This document shows positions 19,084-28,423 of a stretch of DNA of 64,000 nucleotides, piece after piece. The stretch covers positions 147,142 to 211,141 of the forward strand of contig JACPLG010000008.1 in assembly GCA_016186625.1 (NCBI GenBank), read 5' to 3'. This stretch comes from Candidatus Levyibacteriota bacterium (GTDB lineage: Bacteria > Patescibacteriota > Microgenomatia > Levybacterales > UBA12049). Under the pieces are notes generated by a model. The model was not told the DNA's origin, did not search any database, and worked only from the letters and a program-made list of their open reading frames with translations. The translations under genes were made by a program, and so were the position numbers. Position 1 is the first letter of the stretch, and the number at the start of each line of letters is the position of its first letter.

Positions 19084-19794
19084 TTACCTTTCAAGAGTTA
19101 GCTTTACCGCATCTTTTCTTCCTGTTATTTCTCCAACCATTAATATTATATTTTTGTCCGAATCATTAATTGGAAGACCAATCCTTGTATATTTTGTTGA
19201 ATTTGCCTGAATTTCAACCGGATCATTGTGAATCTCAGGAGCGAGTTGTTCCGCTGAATTATTTAATCTAACTCTAATATAGTCTTTTGCATTTATTTCA
19301 ATAGATTGTCTATAAGGATTTGTAATCTTAAGGTTCAGGATTAGAAATGTTCTTCCTTTTACGGCTCTGGCCAATTTTCCTTGATAGATAAATGCATCTT
19401 GAATATTTGCATTCTCAACCACATATTCAATTCTGCTTACTTCTTTTCCTTCAGAATCTCTAAGCGGAAATTCAAACTTTTTATTTAGCGTTTGAGTTGC
19501 TATGGGCTTTGGTGCATTTGCGCGCTCATCTAAGGAAATAGTGCCGCCTTGCGGAAAAAATCTTCCTCCTGCATAAAAAGCAACAGCCAAAAGAATGATA
19601 ATTAAAATAACAGGTCCTAGATTCTTTGGACGATTAAGTCCGTTTGAGTTAAAAGAGGGTTTTCTTATTCTTGAAGTAGCATATCGAAATCTGTTAGAAA
19701 AATCAGATCTTAAATTTATATTGTCAATCATTTCAAAAAAAAACTCCTGACGGACAGAAGCAAATGTAAGTGAATGTGATATTAACACTAGCAA
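19084..19794 (-). CDS. Membrane-anchored beta-sandwich-like protein (DUF4352-like)
   Basis: Single TM (VILIIILLAVAFYAGG), then a soluble domain with an FLILNLKITNPYRQSIEINAKDY block. Confidence 0.3.
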   Translation of the reverse strand: MLVLISHSLTFASVRQEFFFEMIDNINLRSDFSNRFRYATSRIRKPSFNSNGLNRPKNLGPVILIIILLAVAFYAGGRFFPQGGTISLDERANAPKPIATQTLNKKFEFPLRDSEGKEVSRIEYVVENANIQDAFIYQGKLARAVKGRTFLILNLKITNPYRQSIEINAKDYIRVRLNNSAEQLAPEIHNDPVEIQANSTKYTRIGLPINDSDKNIILMVGEITGRKDAVKLTLER

Positions 19795-19873
19795 TTCTAT
19801 CCTGTCAAGAGGTAGAAATATACAGTTGATATTAGATAAATATATTCCTTAGGCAACTTCATGTTATAATGCT

Positions 19874-21391
19874 TTGCCTATGAACATTCTAAATATTAAG
19901 GTGCTTAGAAATATTATTGAAGTGCTCCCTTTTGTTGCCGTTTTTTTTGCTTCACTTTATAGACCAACTGATCCTGATCTGGGATGGCATTTAAAATACG
20001 GAGAATATTTTGTCAGGACTGGCGGGGTACTTAGGGATAACATTTTTGCAACCATGATGCCGGATTACAAGTGGGTTAATCATTCATGGGCATCAGATGT
20101 TCTCGTTTTTCTAGCATATAATCTTTGGGGATTTTTAGGAGTAACCTTGTTGGGAGCTGCAATTGTTACCCTGACTTTTATATTTGTGTCTAAGGCATTC
20201 AATCTTTCTTTTTGGGACAAAGCATTCATTTTCCCAATTGTCTTATTCATTGTTAGTAATGTAAATGCCATCTCTTTCAGATCACAGCAAATGTCTTATC
20301 TTTTTACAGCACTTCTCTTTTACATCATTTCTCTTTATAACAAGAATCCAAAATATCTCTTTCTTACAATTCCGTTGTTTTTAATCTGGGCAAATTTCCA
20401 CGGCGGGTTCATTTTAGGCCTGACACTTCTTGGCGGATATGTTTTTCTTAAAAAAATTGTCGAAATTTATAAGAAATTTGAAATAAGAAAAGCAATTCTT
20501 GCTTTTAAATTTGAGTCAATTGTCATAACTGGAGTTGTAATTGCGACTCTTATTAATCCGTTTGGTTACGGGGTTTATCTTGAGACTTTCCGCCATTTCG
20601 GAAACCCTTGGTTAAAATACATTGCAGAGTGGGCACCATTTGTTGATATGTCGCGCCAATGGTGGAATCTTATAATTTTTGTCAATTTATTTTTAGCATC
20701 TGTTTTAATTTTATTTTTTACCGGAAGACTAGGAAAGGAAAAACTTCCTGTTGTGGGGCTCATAATTTTATTTATTCTACTCTCATTTTATGAGAGACGT
20801 TATGCATGGTCAATGTACTATATTTCCTTTCCAATACTTGTTGGAATCTCCGGCTTCTTTAAACCTAACTCAAAATCGAAACAATTTTTTATAGCAGGAG
20901 GAGTTTCAATTATTTTTCTTCTTATTGTTATATCAACAAAAGAACCGATTAAAAATTATCAGACAATGAATTGGCAAACATATTGCCAAACCCAATCAAA
21001 TCTATGCTCGTACAATGCTGTTCTTTTTTTATCAAAAAACAATCTGACAACCAATCTTTCCACACCATATAGCTGGGGCGGCTGGATGATCTGGAATTTT
21101 CCGGACGTTATGCCAAGCGTAGATGGCAGAATGGTTGCCTGGAAAGATGAAGAGGGTTATAGCGCTTTTGCAGAGTATTACACAAATGTGACGGATTGGG
21201 AAAGCATAGATAAATCAAAGTACGATGTTGTACTAGTACTCAAACAAAAACCAATGTTTAAAAGACTTAAGAGCTTAACAGCAGAAGGAAAATGGCGCTG
21301 GCTCTATGAGGATCCGATTTCTGCAGTTTTTGTTCGCAAGAATCCGAAAGAAATTACTCTTCCCAAAAAACTCATAATTCCTGAAAATTAA
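19874..21391 (+). CDS. Polytopic membrane protein, putative GT-C-type glycosyltransferase
   Basis: More than ten predicted TM helices. Acidic motif in the first loop (RPTDPDLGWHLKYGEY). Large C-terminal extracytoplasmic domain. Confidence 0.35.
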   Translation: MPMNILNIKVLRNIIEVLPFVAVFFASLYRPTDPDLGWHLKYGEYFVRTGGVLRDNIFATMMPDYKWVNHSWASDVLVFLAYNLWGFLGVTLLGAAIVTLTFIFVSKAFNLSFWDKAFIFPIVLFIVSNVNAISFRSQQMSYLFTALLFYIISLYNKNPKYLFLTIPLFLIWANFHGGFILGLTLLGGYVFLKKIVEIYKKFEIRKAILAFKFESIVITGVVIATLINPFGYGVYLETFRHFGNPWLKYIAEWAPFVDMSRQWWNLIIFVNLFLASVLILFFTGRLGKEKLPVVGLIILFILLSFYERRYAWSMYYISFPILVGISGFFKPNSKSKQFFIAGGVSIIFLLIVISTKEPIKNYQTMNWQTYCQTQSNLCSYNAVLFLSKNNLTTNLSTPYSWGGWMIWNFPDVMPSVDGRMVAWKDEEGYSAFAEYYTNVTDWESIDKSKYDVVLVLKQKPMFKRLKSLTAEGKWRWLYEDPISAVFVRKNPKEITLPKKLIIPEN

Positions 21392-21422
21392 AGTATTGCT
21401 AAAAGCCTATGTATGCAATACT
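21392..21422 (+). terminator. Hairpin AGTATTGC…GCAATACT downstream of the membrane protein gene
   Basis: 8-bp inverted repeat with a 15-nt loop, followed by ATTCTTGT. Confidence 0.3.
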
Positions 21423-21563
21423 ATTCTTGTAATGGCGCTACATGAAGATAGTTACTCCGCGGTTTTTGTGAGAAAATAATCAGCCTCAATAGATACATAT
21501 TGACAAGACATAGGTTTAGCTGAGATGCTGATATCAGGATAAAAAATCTGCTTAATTAGGTAA

Positions 21564-23378
21564 GTGGATCTTATTTTGGTGAGAAACAAATCGATTTCAA
21601 AGCTTTTGACAGTTGTTGGAATATCAGGCAGTACTTATCACTTCAAAAAAGAAAACGGACAAATCAATATTTATCAGGAGATTTCGGAAAATAAATTTCA
21701 AAAAATAAACAAAAAAATCGTCATTCAGAATTTGGTCGAAAATAAAGAAGATTTATCTGGAATTGATTTTTTATCCATCTCTTCCTTTAATAAGACTTTT
21801 ATGGGAGTGATTGGATTTGAGAATAATTTTTACGTTGCTAAGTCAAAAGACGGATTTATTTGGGCTCTTGGTAAAAAACTTTTAAAAAATTTAAAAAGCG
21901 CATACGTTGTCCCGGAGTACGAATTTGAAGGGGGAAAAGTTATATATTGGTCGGATGATGCCCTCCACGTTGGATTTTCCCAAGATTCGACCTGGACGCT
22001 TTATGATGACCCAATTTATGATCCTCGAAGCAAATCAAGAAATTTACTTGATATTCTGGGAGTATTTAATGGAAAAGACTTGTTATTTGTTCCATACGCC
22101 TCAAACATTAGCATAAACGGTATAGATCATTTCAGTCTTTCAGTTGCTCTGTTTTCAAAACAAGACCCAAGAAGGACAGAGTTTAGACTTTATTATCCAA
22201 TATGGAATATCCCAATGGATCTAGTTGATCAAATAGTTTCGCCAATTGCAGTACTGGAGATCAAAAACAAGATTTATTCTTTTTGGAGAGGAAAAGAGAA
22301 AATTTACAGCTTCCGCCATCCGCTTCTTGAACAAATAGTTTTTGATTATCCCAAAAATATCATAGCCGCCAATCTGCAGAAGTCAGCCCATAATCCTATC
22401 CTTTCACCTGATCCCAAAAACGGCTGGGAGTCATTGGCTGTATTTAATCCGGCAGCTTACTATGACGAAGATAAAAAAAAACTTCATCTTATGTATAGAG
22501 CTGTTGGATCCAACTGGCGGTCTGTCTTTGGACACGCAACAAGCGATGACGGCATCACTATTAATTCAAAAAGCAATCTTCCCGCCTATGTTCCCAGATC
22601 TTCATTTGAAGGACAGGAAGTTATGTTTAATCCAAATTCTCAATTTACATCAGGACCGGGAGCAGGAGGATGCGAAGACCCAAGGCTTACGAAGATCGGT
22701 GATAAAGTATACCTTACTTACGTTGCATACGATGGATGGTCTCAGCCTCGTGTCGGACTATCTTCAATCGCCTATGACGATTTCATAACAGAGTCCTGGA
22801 ATTGGTCACCTCCCGTTATAATTTCAAAACCCGGAGTTATTGATAAAAATGCAGTTATTTTCCCAGAGAAAATCCGCGGAAAGTATGTAATTATGCATAG
22901 AATTTTTCCGGATATACTAATTGACTTTGTGGATAGTCTTGATTTTGACGGACAAACGTTCCTTAAGGGTGAGTTTAAAATTTCGCCAAGAAGCTTTGGA
23001 TGGGACAGTAGGAAAATTGGCGCAGGTCCGCCTCCCATAAAAACAAAAGAAGGGTGGCTCCTTATTTACCACGCCGTTGACGATGCCAAGAGCCACCAGT
23101 ATCAGATCGGCGCAATGATCCTGGATCTTCTTGATCCTACGAAAGTTATTTGTAGGTCAAGCCAACCTCTGATAAGTCCTACTAACTGGTATGAAAATGA
23201 GGGATATAAATCCGGAGTGGTTTATCCGTGCGGAGCAGCATTGATTGATAGGAAACTTCACGTTTACTACGGTGGGGCAGATACATACATTTGCGTTGCA
23301 ACAGCGCCATTTGATTCTTTTCTAAACACCCTAAAAGCAGAAAGAAATCATAAGATGCGTGAGTTTTTCCTTAACTAA
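21564..23378 (+). CDS. Glycoside hydrolase family 130 (beta-mannoside phosphorylase-like) protein with two GH130/DUF377 beta-propeller domains
   Basis: HNPILSPDPKNGWESLAVFNPAAYY…, CEDPRLTKIGDKVYLTYVAYDG, GWLLIYHAVDD…YQIGAMILDLLDPTKV. Confidence 0.7.
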   Translation: MDLILVRNKSISKLLTVVGISGSTYHFKKENGQINIYQEISENKFQKINKKIVIQNLVENKEDLSGIDFLSISSFNKTFMGVIGFENNFYVAKSKDGFIWALGKKLLKNLKSAYVVPEYEFEGGKVIYWSDDALHVGFSQDSTWTLYDDPIYDPRSKSRNLLDILGVFNGKDLLFVPYASNISINGIDHFSLSVALFSKQDPRRTEFRLYYPIWNIPMDLVDQIVSPIAVLEIKNKIYSFWRGKEKIYSFRHPLLEQIVFDYPKNIIAANLQKSAHNPILSPDPKNGWESLAVFNPAAYYDEDKKKLHLMYRAVGSNWRSVFGHATSDDGITINSKSNLPAYVPRSSFEGQEVMFNPNSQFTSGPGAGGCEDPRLTKIGDKVYLTYVAYDGWSQPRVGLSSIAYDDFITESWNWSPPVIISKPGVIDKNAVIFPEKIRGKYVIMHRIFPDILIDFVDSLDFDGQTFLKGEFKISPRSFGWDSRKIGAGPPPIKTKEGWLLIYHAVDDAKSHQYQIGAMILDLLDPTKVICRSSQPLISPTNWYENEGYKSGVVYPCGAALIDRKLHVYYGGADTYICVATAPFDSFLNTLKAERNHKMREFFLN

Positions 23379-25318
23379 TGATTTCAGTAAAACGATATGG
23401 TGGCAATCCGATTCTAGTTCCCAGCAAAGATAATCTTTGGGAGTCCTACGCCGTTTATAACGCAAGCGTTATTAAAAAAGACGGAATTTACCATATGCTT
23501 TATAGAGCTATTTCAGAGCCAAAAGAATGGCAGAGTGAATATTTAAGAGTTTCTTCTATTGGACACGCAACAAGTACTAACGGACTCACGTTTGATAATA
23601 GGTCCCAGTTACTCACTCCGCAGTACGATTGGGAAAGATTTGGTTGTGAAGACCCAAGAGTTGAGATGTTGGAGGATACATATTTTATTTTTTATACAGC
23701 AATTTCAACTAATCCCCCATCACCTTCAGGAATAAAAATTGGGGTTGCGCTCACGCATGATTTCTCAAAAATTACGGAGAGACATCTTGTAACTCCTTTT
23801 AATGCAAAAGCAATGACACTTTTTCCGCAGAAGTTAAACGGTAAATACGTCGCAATATTAACTGCAGACACAGATAATCCTCCTGCAAAAATAGCAATAG
23901 CGCAATTTGATGAGATTTCAAACCTTTGGGATAAATCTTTCTGGACTGATTGGTACCAAAACATTGCTAATTATACGCTGCCATTACAAAGACGATCACA
24001 AGATCAGGTTGAGGTGGGTCTTAATCCTATAAAAACTGATAAAGGATGGGTGTTAGTGTATTCATATATACAAAACTACTTTACCCAAAATAAAGTTTTC
24101 GGCTTAGAGTCGGTTCTTCTTGATCAGGACAATCCCCTTTTAATACTTGGTAAAACAAATGGTCCCTTTATGGTTCCTGAGGCTTATTATGAAAAATATG
24201 GATTAATCCCGGATATTATTTTCCCATCAGGCGGAGTAGTTAAGGATGACAGACTCAGGCTATATTATGGTGCATCTGACACAACAGTTTGCAGTGCCGA
24301 TATCTCCATCAAAGAGCTGATAAACCAGACGTTATTAGGAGCTTTGCAAATTCCAATTGTAAGCGTACACTCCGGCCTCCATCTTGTCAGGTTTGATGGG
24401 AACCCAATTTTAACTCATATAGAAAATCATGAATGGGAAGAAAAAGCAGTTTTAAATCCCGGTGTTTATGAAAAAGATGGAAAAATTTACCTTTTTTATC
24501 GTGCGATGAACAATGATTTTGTGTCCAAAATAGGACTCGCAACAACACAAGACGGATTTCATATAGATGAAAGGCTCACTGATCCTATATATTCCCCAAG
24601 GGCTTTTTTTGAAAAAAACGATCAGGGTGCATTTGGCTGTGAGGATCCTCGTATTACACAAATCGATGACATGATCTATATGTTTTACACTGCTTATGAC
24701 GGAAAGTCTTCAAAAGTAGCATTCACTAGCATTCCTGTTTCCGATTTTACAAATAGAAATTGGACATGGAAAACTCCTGTTCCGATTTCAGACCCAAGTG
24801 TTATGGACAAAAATGCGGCGCTTTTTCCGCAGAAGTTAAAAGGGAAATTTGCAATCTTACATAGGCTTGATGTTAGAATTTGGATTGATTTTGTTGATAA
24901 ATTATCGGATTTTTCCGGAGATAAATGGTTGGGAGGAAAGCCGCTTTGTGAGCCAAGAAAAGATAAATGGGACAGTGAAAAAGTGGGAATCGGGGGACCT
25001 CCCATAAAAACAAAACTTGGCTGGCTTCTTTTATACCATGGAATATCTGCGCATGATAAAAAATACAGGCTTGGCATTATGGTTTTGGACAAGAAAGACC
25101 CAACAAAAATAATTCTTAGATTGGACAACCCGGTCCTGGAGCCAAAACTTAAGTATGAAAAAGAAGGAGTCCGCCCGGATGCGGTATTTTCCTGCGGAAG
25201 CGCATTACTTGACGACAGACTATTTGTTTATTATGGAGCAGCTGATTCTTCAATTGGAGTTGCCCAGATTGATTATTCTTCGCTCCTGTCAAAATTGGAA
25301 GAGATAATTTCTGCATGA
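23378..25318 (+). CDS. Second tandem GH130-family protein with two GH130 domains
   Basis: GNPILVPSKDNLWESYAVYNASV, CEDPRVEMLEDTYFIFYTA, GNPILTHIENHEWEEKAVLNPGVY, GWLLLYHGISAHDKKYRLGIMVLDKKDPTKI. TAATGA overlap with the upstream gene. Confidence 0.7.
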   Translation: MISVKRYGGNPILVPSKDNLWESYAVYNASVIKKDGIYHMLYRAISEPKEWQSEYLRVSSIGHATSTNGLTFDNRSQLLTPQYDWERFGCEDPRVEMLEDTYFIFYTAISTNPPSPSGIKIGVALTHDFSKITERHLVTPFNAKAMTLFPQKLNGKYVAILTADTDNPPAKIAIAQFDEISNLWDKSFWTDWYQNIANYTLPLQRRSQDQVEVGLNPIKTDKGWVLVYSYIQNYFTQNKVFGLESVLLDQDNPLLILGKTNGPFMVPEAYYEKYGLIPDIIFPSGGVVKDDRLRLYYGASDTTVCSADISIKELINQTLLGALQIPIVSVHSGLHLVRFDGNPILTHIENHEWEEKAVLNPGVYEKDGKIYLFYRAMNNDFVSKIGLATTQDGFHIDERLTDPIYSPRAFFEKNDQGAFGCEDPRITQIDDMIYMFYTAYDGKSSKVAFTSIPVSDFTNRNWTWKTPVPISDPSVMDKNAALFPQKLKGKFAILHRLDVRIWIDFVDKLSDFSGDKWLGGKPLCEPRKDKWDSEKVGIGGPPIKTKLGWLLLYHGISAHDKKYRLGIMVLDKKDPTKIILRLDNPVLEPKLKYEKEGVRPDAVFSCGSALLDDRLFVYYGAADSSIGVAQIDYSSLLSKLEEIISA

Positions 25319-25382
25319 CAAATGCTCCGAAGTTTTTTTAATCGACCTTGAAAAATAACCAAAATTAATGTCATACTAAAGT

Positions 25383-26777
25383 ATGGCGCTAAAACCTCTT
25401 GAAGTCCAATCACTTCCTTCCGCTCCACCATTCAAAAAGTTAATCGGTCCTAGCTTCATATTCCTAGGCCTTGGGCTTGGAAGCGGGGAGGTAATTCTCT
25501 GGCCGTATCTAAGTGCAAATTACGGTCTGGGAATCATTTGGGCGGCGATTCTTGGAGTGACTTTCCAATTCTTCATGAACATGGAGATCGAGCGCTATAC
25601 TTTGGTACACGGGGAAAGTGTTTTTGTTGGACTTGCCAGAAAGCTTAGATGGATTCCTTTTTGGTTTCTCTTATCAACTTTTATTCCCTGGATTTGGCCG
25701 GGCATTATAGCATCTTCTGCAAAATTATTTGGAGGTGCTGTTGGAGTTTCTGAAACGACAAATCTGACAATAATGCTTCTTGTTCTGATAGGCATCATTC
25801 TTTCATTTGGCCCAATTTTGTATAAAACTGTTGAATCATTTCAAAAAATTTTAGTGGCAATAGGAATTCCTAGTATTCTTGCATTGTCTTTAGTTCTTGC
25901 CCAAAAAAATGATTTTGTGGATCTTGCCAAAGGGGCTGTCGGGATCGGAAACGGTTATTTCCTTTTTCCCGAGGGAATAATTATGGCCTCATTTCTGGCC
26001 GCTTTTGCTTACGCCGGAGCAGGGGGAAATCTTAATCTTGCCCAGTCTTTTTATGTAAGAGAAAAAGGATACGGAATGGGTAAATACTCAGGGAGAATCA
26101 CAAGTTTATTTACCGGAAAGAAAGAAAGCGTATCACTTACCGGAACAAAGTTTGAAATGAACAGTTCAAATCTTTCAGAATTTAAAAGGTGGTGGAAAAA
26201 CATAAATATAGAACACTTCATAATTTTTTGGTTTATGGGAACAATTACGATATTGTTTTTAACACTCCTTTCCTACTCGACTGTTTTTGGCCTTGCGGGA
26301 AATGAGCAAGGAATTTCATTTGTTTTAAATGAAGGGAGAGTTATAGGAGAGAGGTTATTTCCAATTGCAGGGACTTTTTTTCTTATTATTGGCGGACTAA
26401 TGCTTTTTGGAACACAGCTTACTGTTTTTGATGCAACAAGTAGAATTCTTTCAGAAAATATCGTCATAGCCGCCCACTCAAAATTATCAGAAGTTCATAT
26501 TCCAAAGATGTATTATTTTGTTCTTTGGTTTCAAATTGCTGCAGGAATTGTTGTTCTTCTTCTAGGCTTTACAGAACCCTTAGCTCTTCTTGTGACCGCA
26601 GCAGTCTTAAACGCAATTGCCATGTTTGCCCACATAGGCTTGACTCTCTTTTTAAACCTAACTAGCCTTGAAAAGCCCGTCAGGCCGAGTTTTGTTCGCA
26701 TCAGCGCAATGTCTCTCGCCCTACTCTTTTACGGAGGCTTCAGTCTATTTGTTTTATATGACAGATTTTTAAGGTAA
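25383..26777 (+). CDS. Nramp-family transporter homolog lacking the canonical DPGN motif (possibly NRMT-like)
   Basis: 11-12 TM helices. N-terminal GPSFIFLGLGLGSGEVILWPYLSANYGLGIIWAAIL aligns to the Nramp TM1 region but without DPGN. Confidence 0.45.
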   Translation: MALKPLEVQSLPSAPPFKKLIGPSFIFLGLGLGSGEVILWPYLSANYGLGIIWAAILGVTFQFFMNMEIERYTLVHGESVFVGLARKLRWIPFWFLLSTFIPWIWPGIIASSAKLFGGAVGVSETTNLTIMLLVLIGIILSFGPILYKTVESFQKILVAIGIPSILALSLVLAQKNDFVDLAKGAVGIGNGYFLFPEGIIMASFLAAFAYAGAGGNLNLAQSFYVREKGYGMGKYSGRITSLFTGKKESVSLTGTKFEMNSSNLSEFKRWWKNINIEHFIIFWFMGTITILFLTLLSYSTVFGLAGNEQGISFVLNEGRVIGERLFPIAGTFFLIIGGLMLFGTQLTVFDATSRILSENIVIAAHSKLSEVHIPKMYYFVLWFQIAAGIVVLLLGFTEPLALLVTAAVLNAIAMFAHIGLTLFLNLTSLEKPVRPSFVRISAMSLALLFYGGFSLFVLYDRFLR

Positions 26778-26782
26778 CCGAG

Positions 26783-26803
26783 TTCCCACTTTCCATGTGG
26801 GAA
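26783..26803. repeat. Palindrome family P copy 3 (TTCCCAC-TTTCCAT-GTGGGAA)
   Basis: Read directly, 6 bp after the transporter stop codon. Confidence 0.55.
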
Positions 26804-26823
26804 GCTACTTTTTAATAAATACC

Positions 26824-26892
26824 CTGAGATGTAAACTTATTTCCACCCCGTATTTCCACCCCGGGTGTGGATTATCCTTTACACCCCAGGAC
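26824..26892. repeat. REP-like family R copy 2 (GATGTAAACTT…CCACCCCGGGTGTGG…TTTACACCCC)
   Basis: Read directly. It has an internal CCACCCCG duplication. Confidence 0.5.
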
Positions 26893-27033
26893 TATCCTAA
26901 GTTTTTTATAAATTTCTCAATCTCGTCCAAAAATCCGCTTTTGTTGATTCTATGCATAAGCCAGCAGTAAATAAAATTGTCAGGATTGTGTCGGGTAAAA
27001 AATCAAATTTAGAAATAAAATGTTTGGGAATTT

Positions 27034-27606
27034 ATGGAAAGATTAAGACATCTTGAAGTACCTTTGAATGGGCATCATTATGCTTCCGATGGTTCTGAGA
27101 TCGATACAGAGACCAAAGATCCTTATGAGAGAGTTTGCATCAGTAGCGTTGCTTTCCATGAAGGAGTTCATGCATTTTTAGCTATTAAAAGAGGAGTTGG
27201 GGTAAAACAGGCAAGTAGAATCCCTGGGCCCGGATACTTGGGGAAAACAGAGCCTTATGATTTTGATGGGGTAGCTGCAGTAGGACCTGCTGCCCTAGGA
27301 CTCGAAGGATGTGGGCATGATTTAAGACTCGCCTCTTATAAGGGAGTCAATATTGGTGCTGCAAAAGCAACAGGAAGACAGATGGTATCCGAAGACCCGA
27401 GAGGATTAAGAAGAGTATCAGCAGTAATTGAACAGAAAGGAAGCGCAACAGGAGGAGAATTAGAAGAAGCGCTCAATAAAGGAGAAAATGTCTTAGTAAG
27501 AATTAGAAGGCGCGATGGCACTACGGAAGAAAGACTTGAAGAGGACGTTAGAGGAGAGACTGTAATGGTTCCTTTCCAAGAGTACAAGCTTCCTAAAGCT
27601 GCTTAA
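27034..27606 (+). CDS. Hypothetical protein with HEGVH (HExxH-like) motif; GC content above local average
   Basis: SSVAFHEGVHAFLAIKRG. GC about 45% versus about 35% for the flanks. No recognisable family. Confidence 0.3.
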   Translation: MERLRHLEVPLNGHHYASDGSEIDTETKDPYERVCISSVAFHEGVHAFLAIKRGVGVKQASRIPGPGYLGKTEPYDFDGVAAVGPAALGLEGCGHDLRLASYKGVNIGAAKATGRQMVSEDPRGLRRVSAVIEQKGSATGGELEEALNKGENVLVRIRRRDGTTEERLEEDVRGETVMVPFQEYKLPKAA

Positions 27607-27762
27607 CTTGTTTTGTGCTATAGTTTTATTAGGTTAGGGGGTGATAAATATTAAAATCGCTCTTGTTGTAATTTTAGTACTTTTGGGATTTTACTTTCTT
27701 TTGTTTCACACTTCCCCATTTCCGTTAAGCCATGAAAGCTTAGGGTTTTATAACCACACCAT

Positions 27763-28299
27763 TCATAGAATTATAGGTGTTGTACTTTTTGTTGTAGCAC
27801 TACTTGCGTTTTGGAAGTGGAAGTAGTTAATCAAGAAACTTGAGAACACTTGCTCTAAAGTTTGCAAAATAAAGATTTTAAACTGTCCGGATCTTGAAAG
27901 CTGGGCCCCAACATATGTCGGATCTTGCCAGAAAAGTTTGAAGGCAGCAATTGCTAAGAATTGATGAGCTATAAATGATCCCGAAACCAAGTAAATAAAT
28001 TGGTAAGTAAACTTTTTTCGAAGATATAAAACAACTTCCGCCAGACCAAAAACGAGTATCGGGAGACTGCTGACAAAATACCTGATAGTATATCCTGCCG
28101 CATTCCAGGCATCATAGCTTGATATTAGAAGAAAATTTAATAGAAAAATTGTAATAAATATATTGCCAAAAAGCTTAAAACGTTTTCTATATAAAAATAA
28201 TCCTAAGAAGGCAATAAGTAAGATCGGCATATAAAAAATTACCCCTTGCTTGGTGTCAAAAATAGGATTATAAAGAGCAATAGAAAGAAAATTTTCCAC
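27763..28299 (-). CDS. Hypothetical multi-pass membrane protein
   Basis: Four or five hydrophobic helices. No recognisable motif. Confidence 0.3.
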   Translation of the reverse strand: MENFLSIALYNPIFDTKQGVIFYMPILLIAFLGLFLYRKRFKLFGNIFITIFLLNFLLISSYDAWNAAGYTIRYFVSSLPILVFGLAEVVLYLRKKFTYQFIYLVSGSFIAHQFLAIAAFKLFWQDPTYVGAQLSRSGQFKIFILQTLEQVFSSFLINYFHFQNASSATTKSTTPIIL

Positions 28300-28423
28300 A
28301 GACGAGGAATCTTTTTAAGCTTTTCTACCACAATGTAGTGAGTATACAACGAGGAAAGTCAAAGCCACAAGTTTTAATTAGGTCGCTTACTCGCAAGGAT
28401 ACTGCAGGAATTTTTCTCCAATA

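Noticed and set aside
27641-27826. 61-aa hydrophobic ORF
   Set aside because: It overlaps the 3' end of the 27763-28299 minus-strand membrane gene, so only one is likely real. There is no SD and no motif to decide. It is left uncalled.
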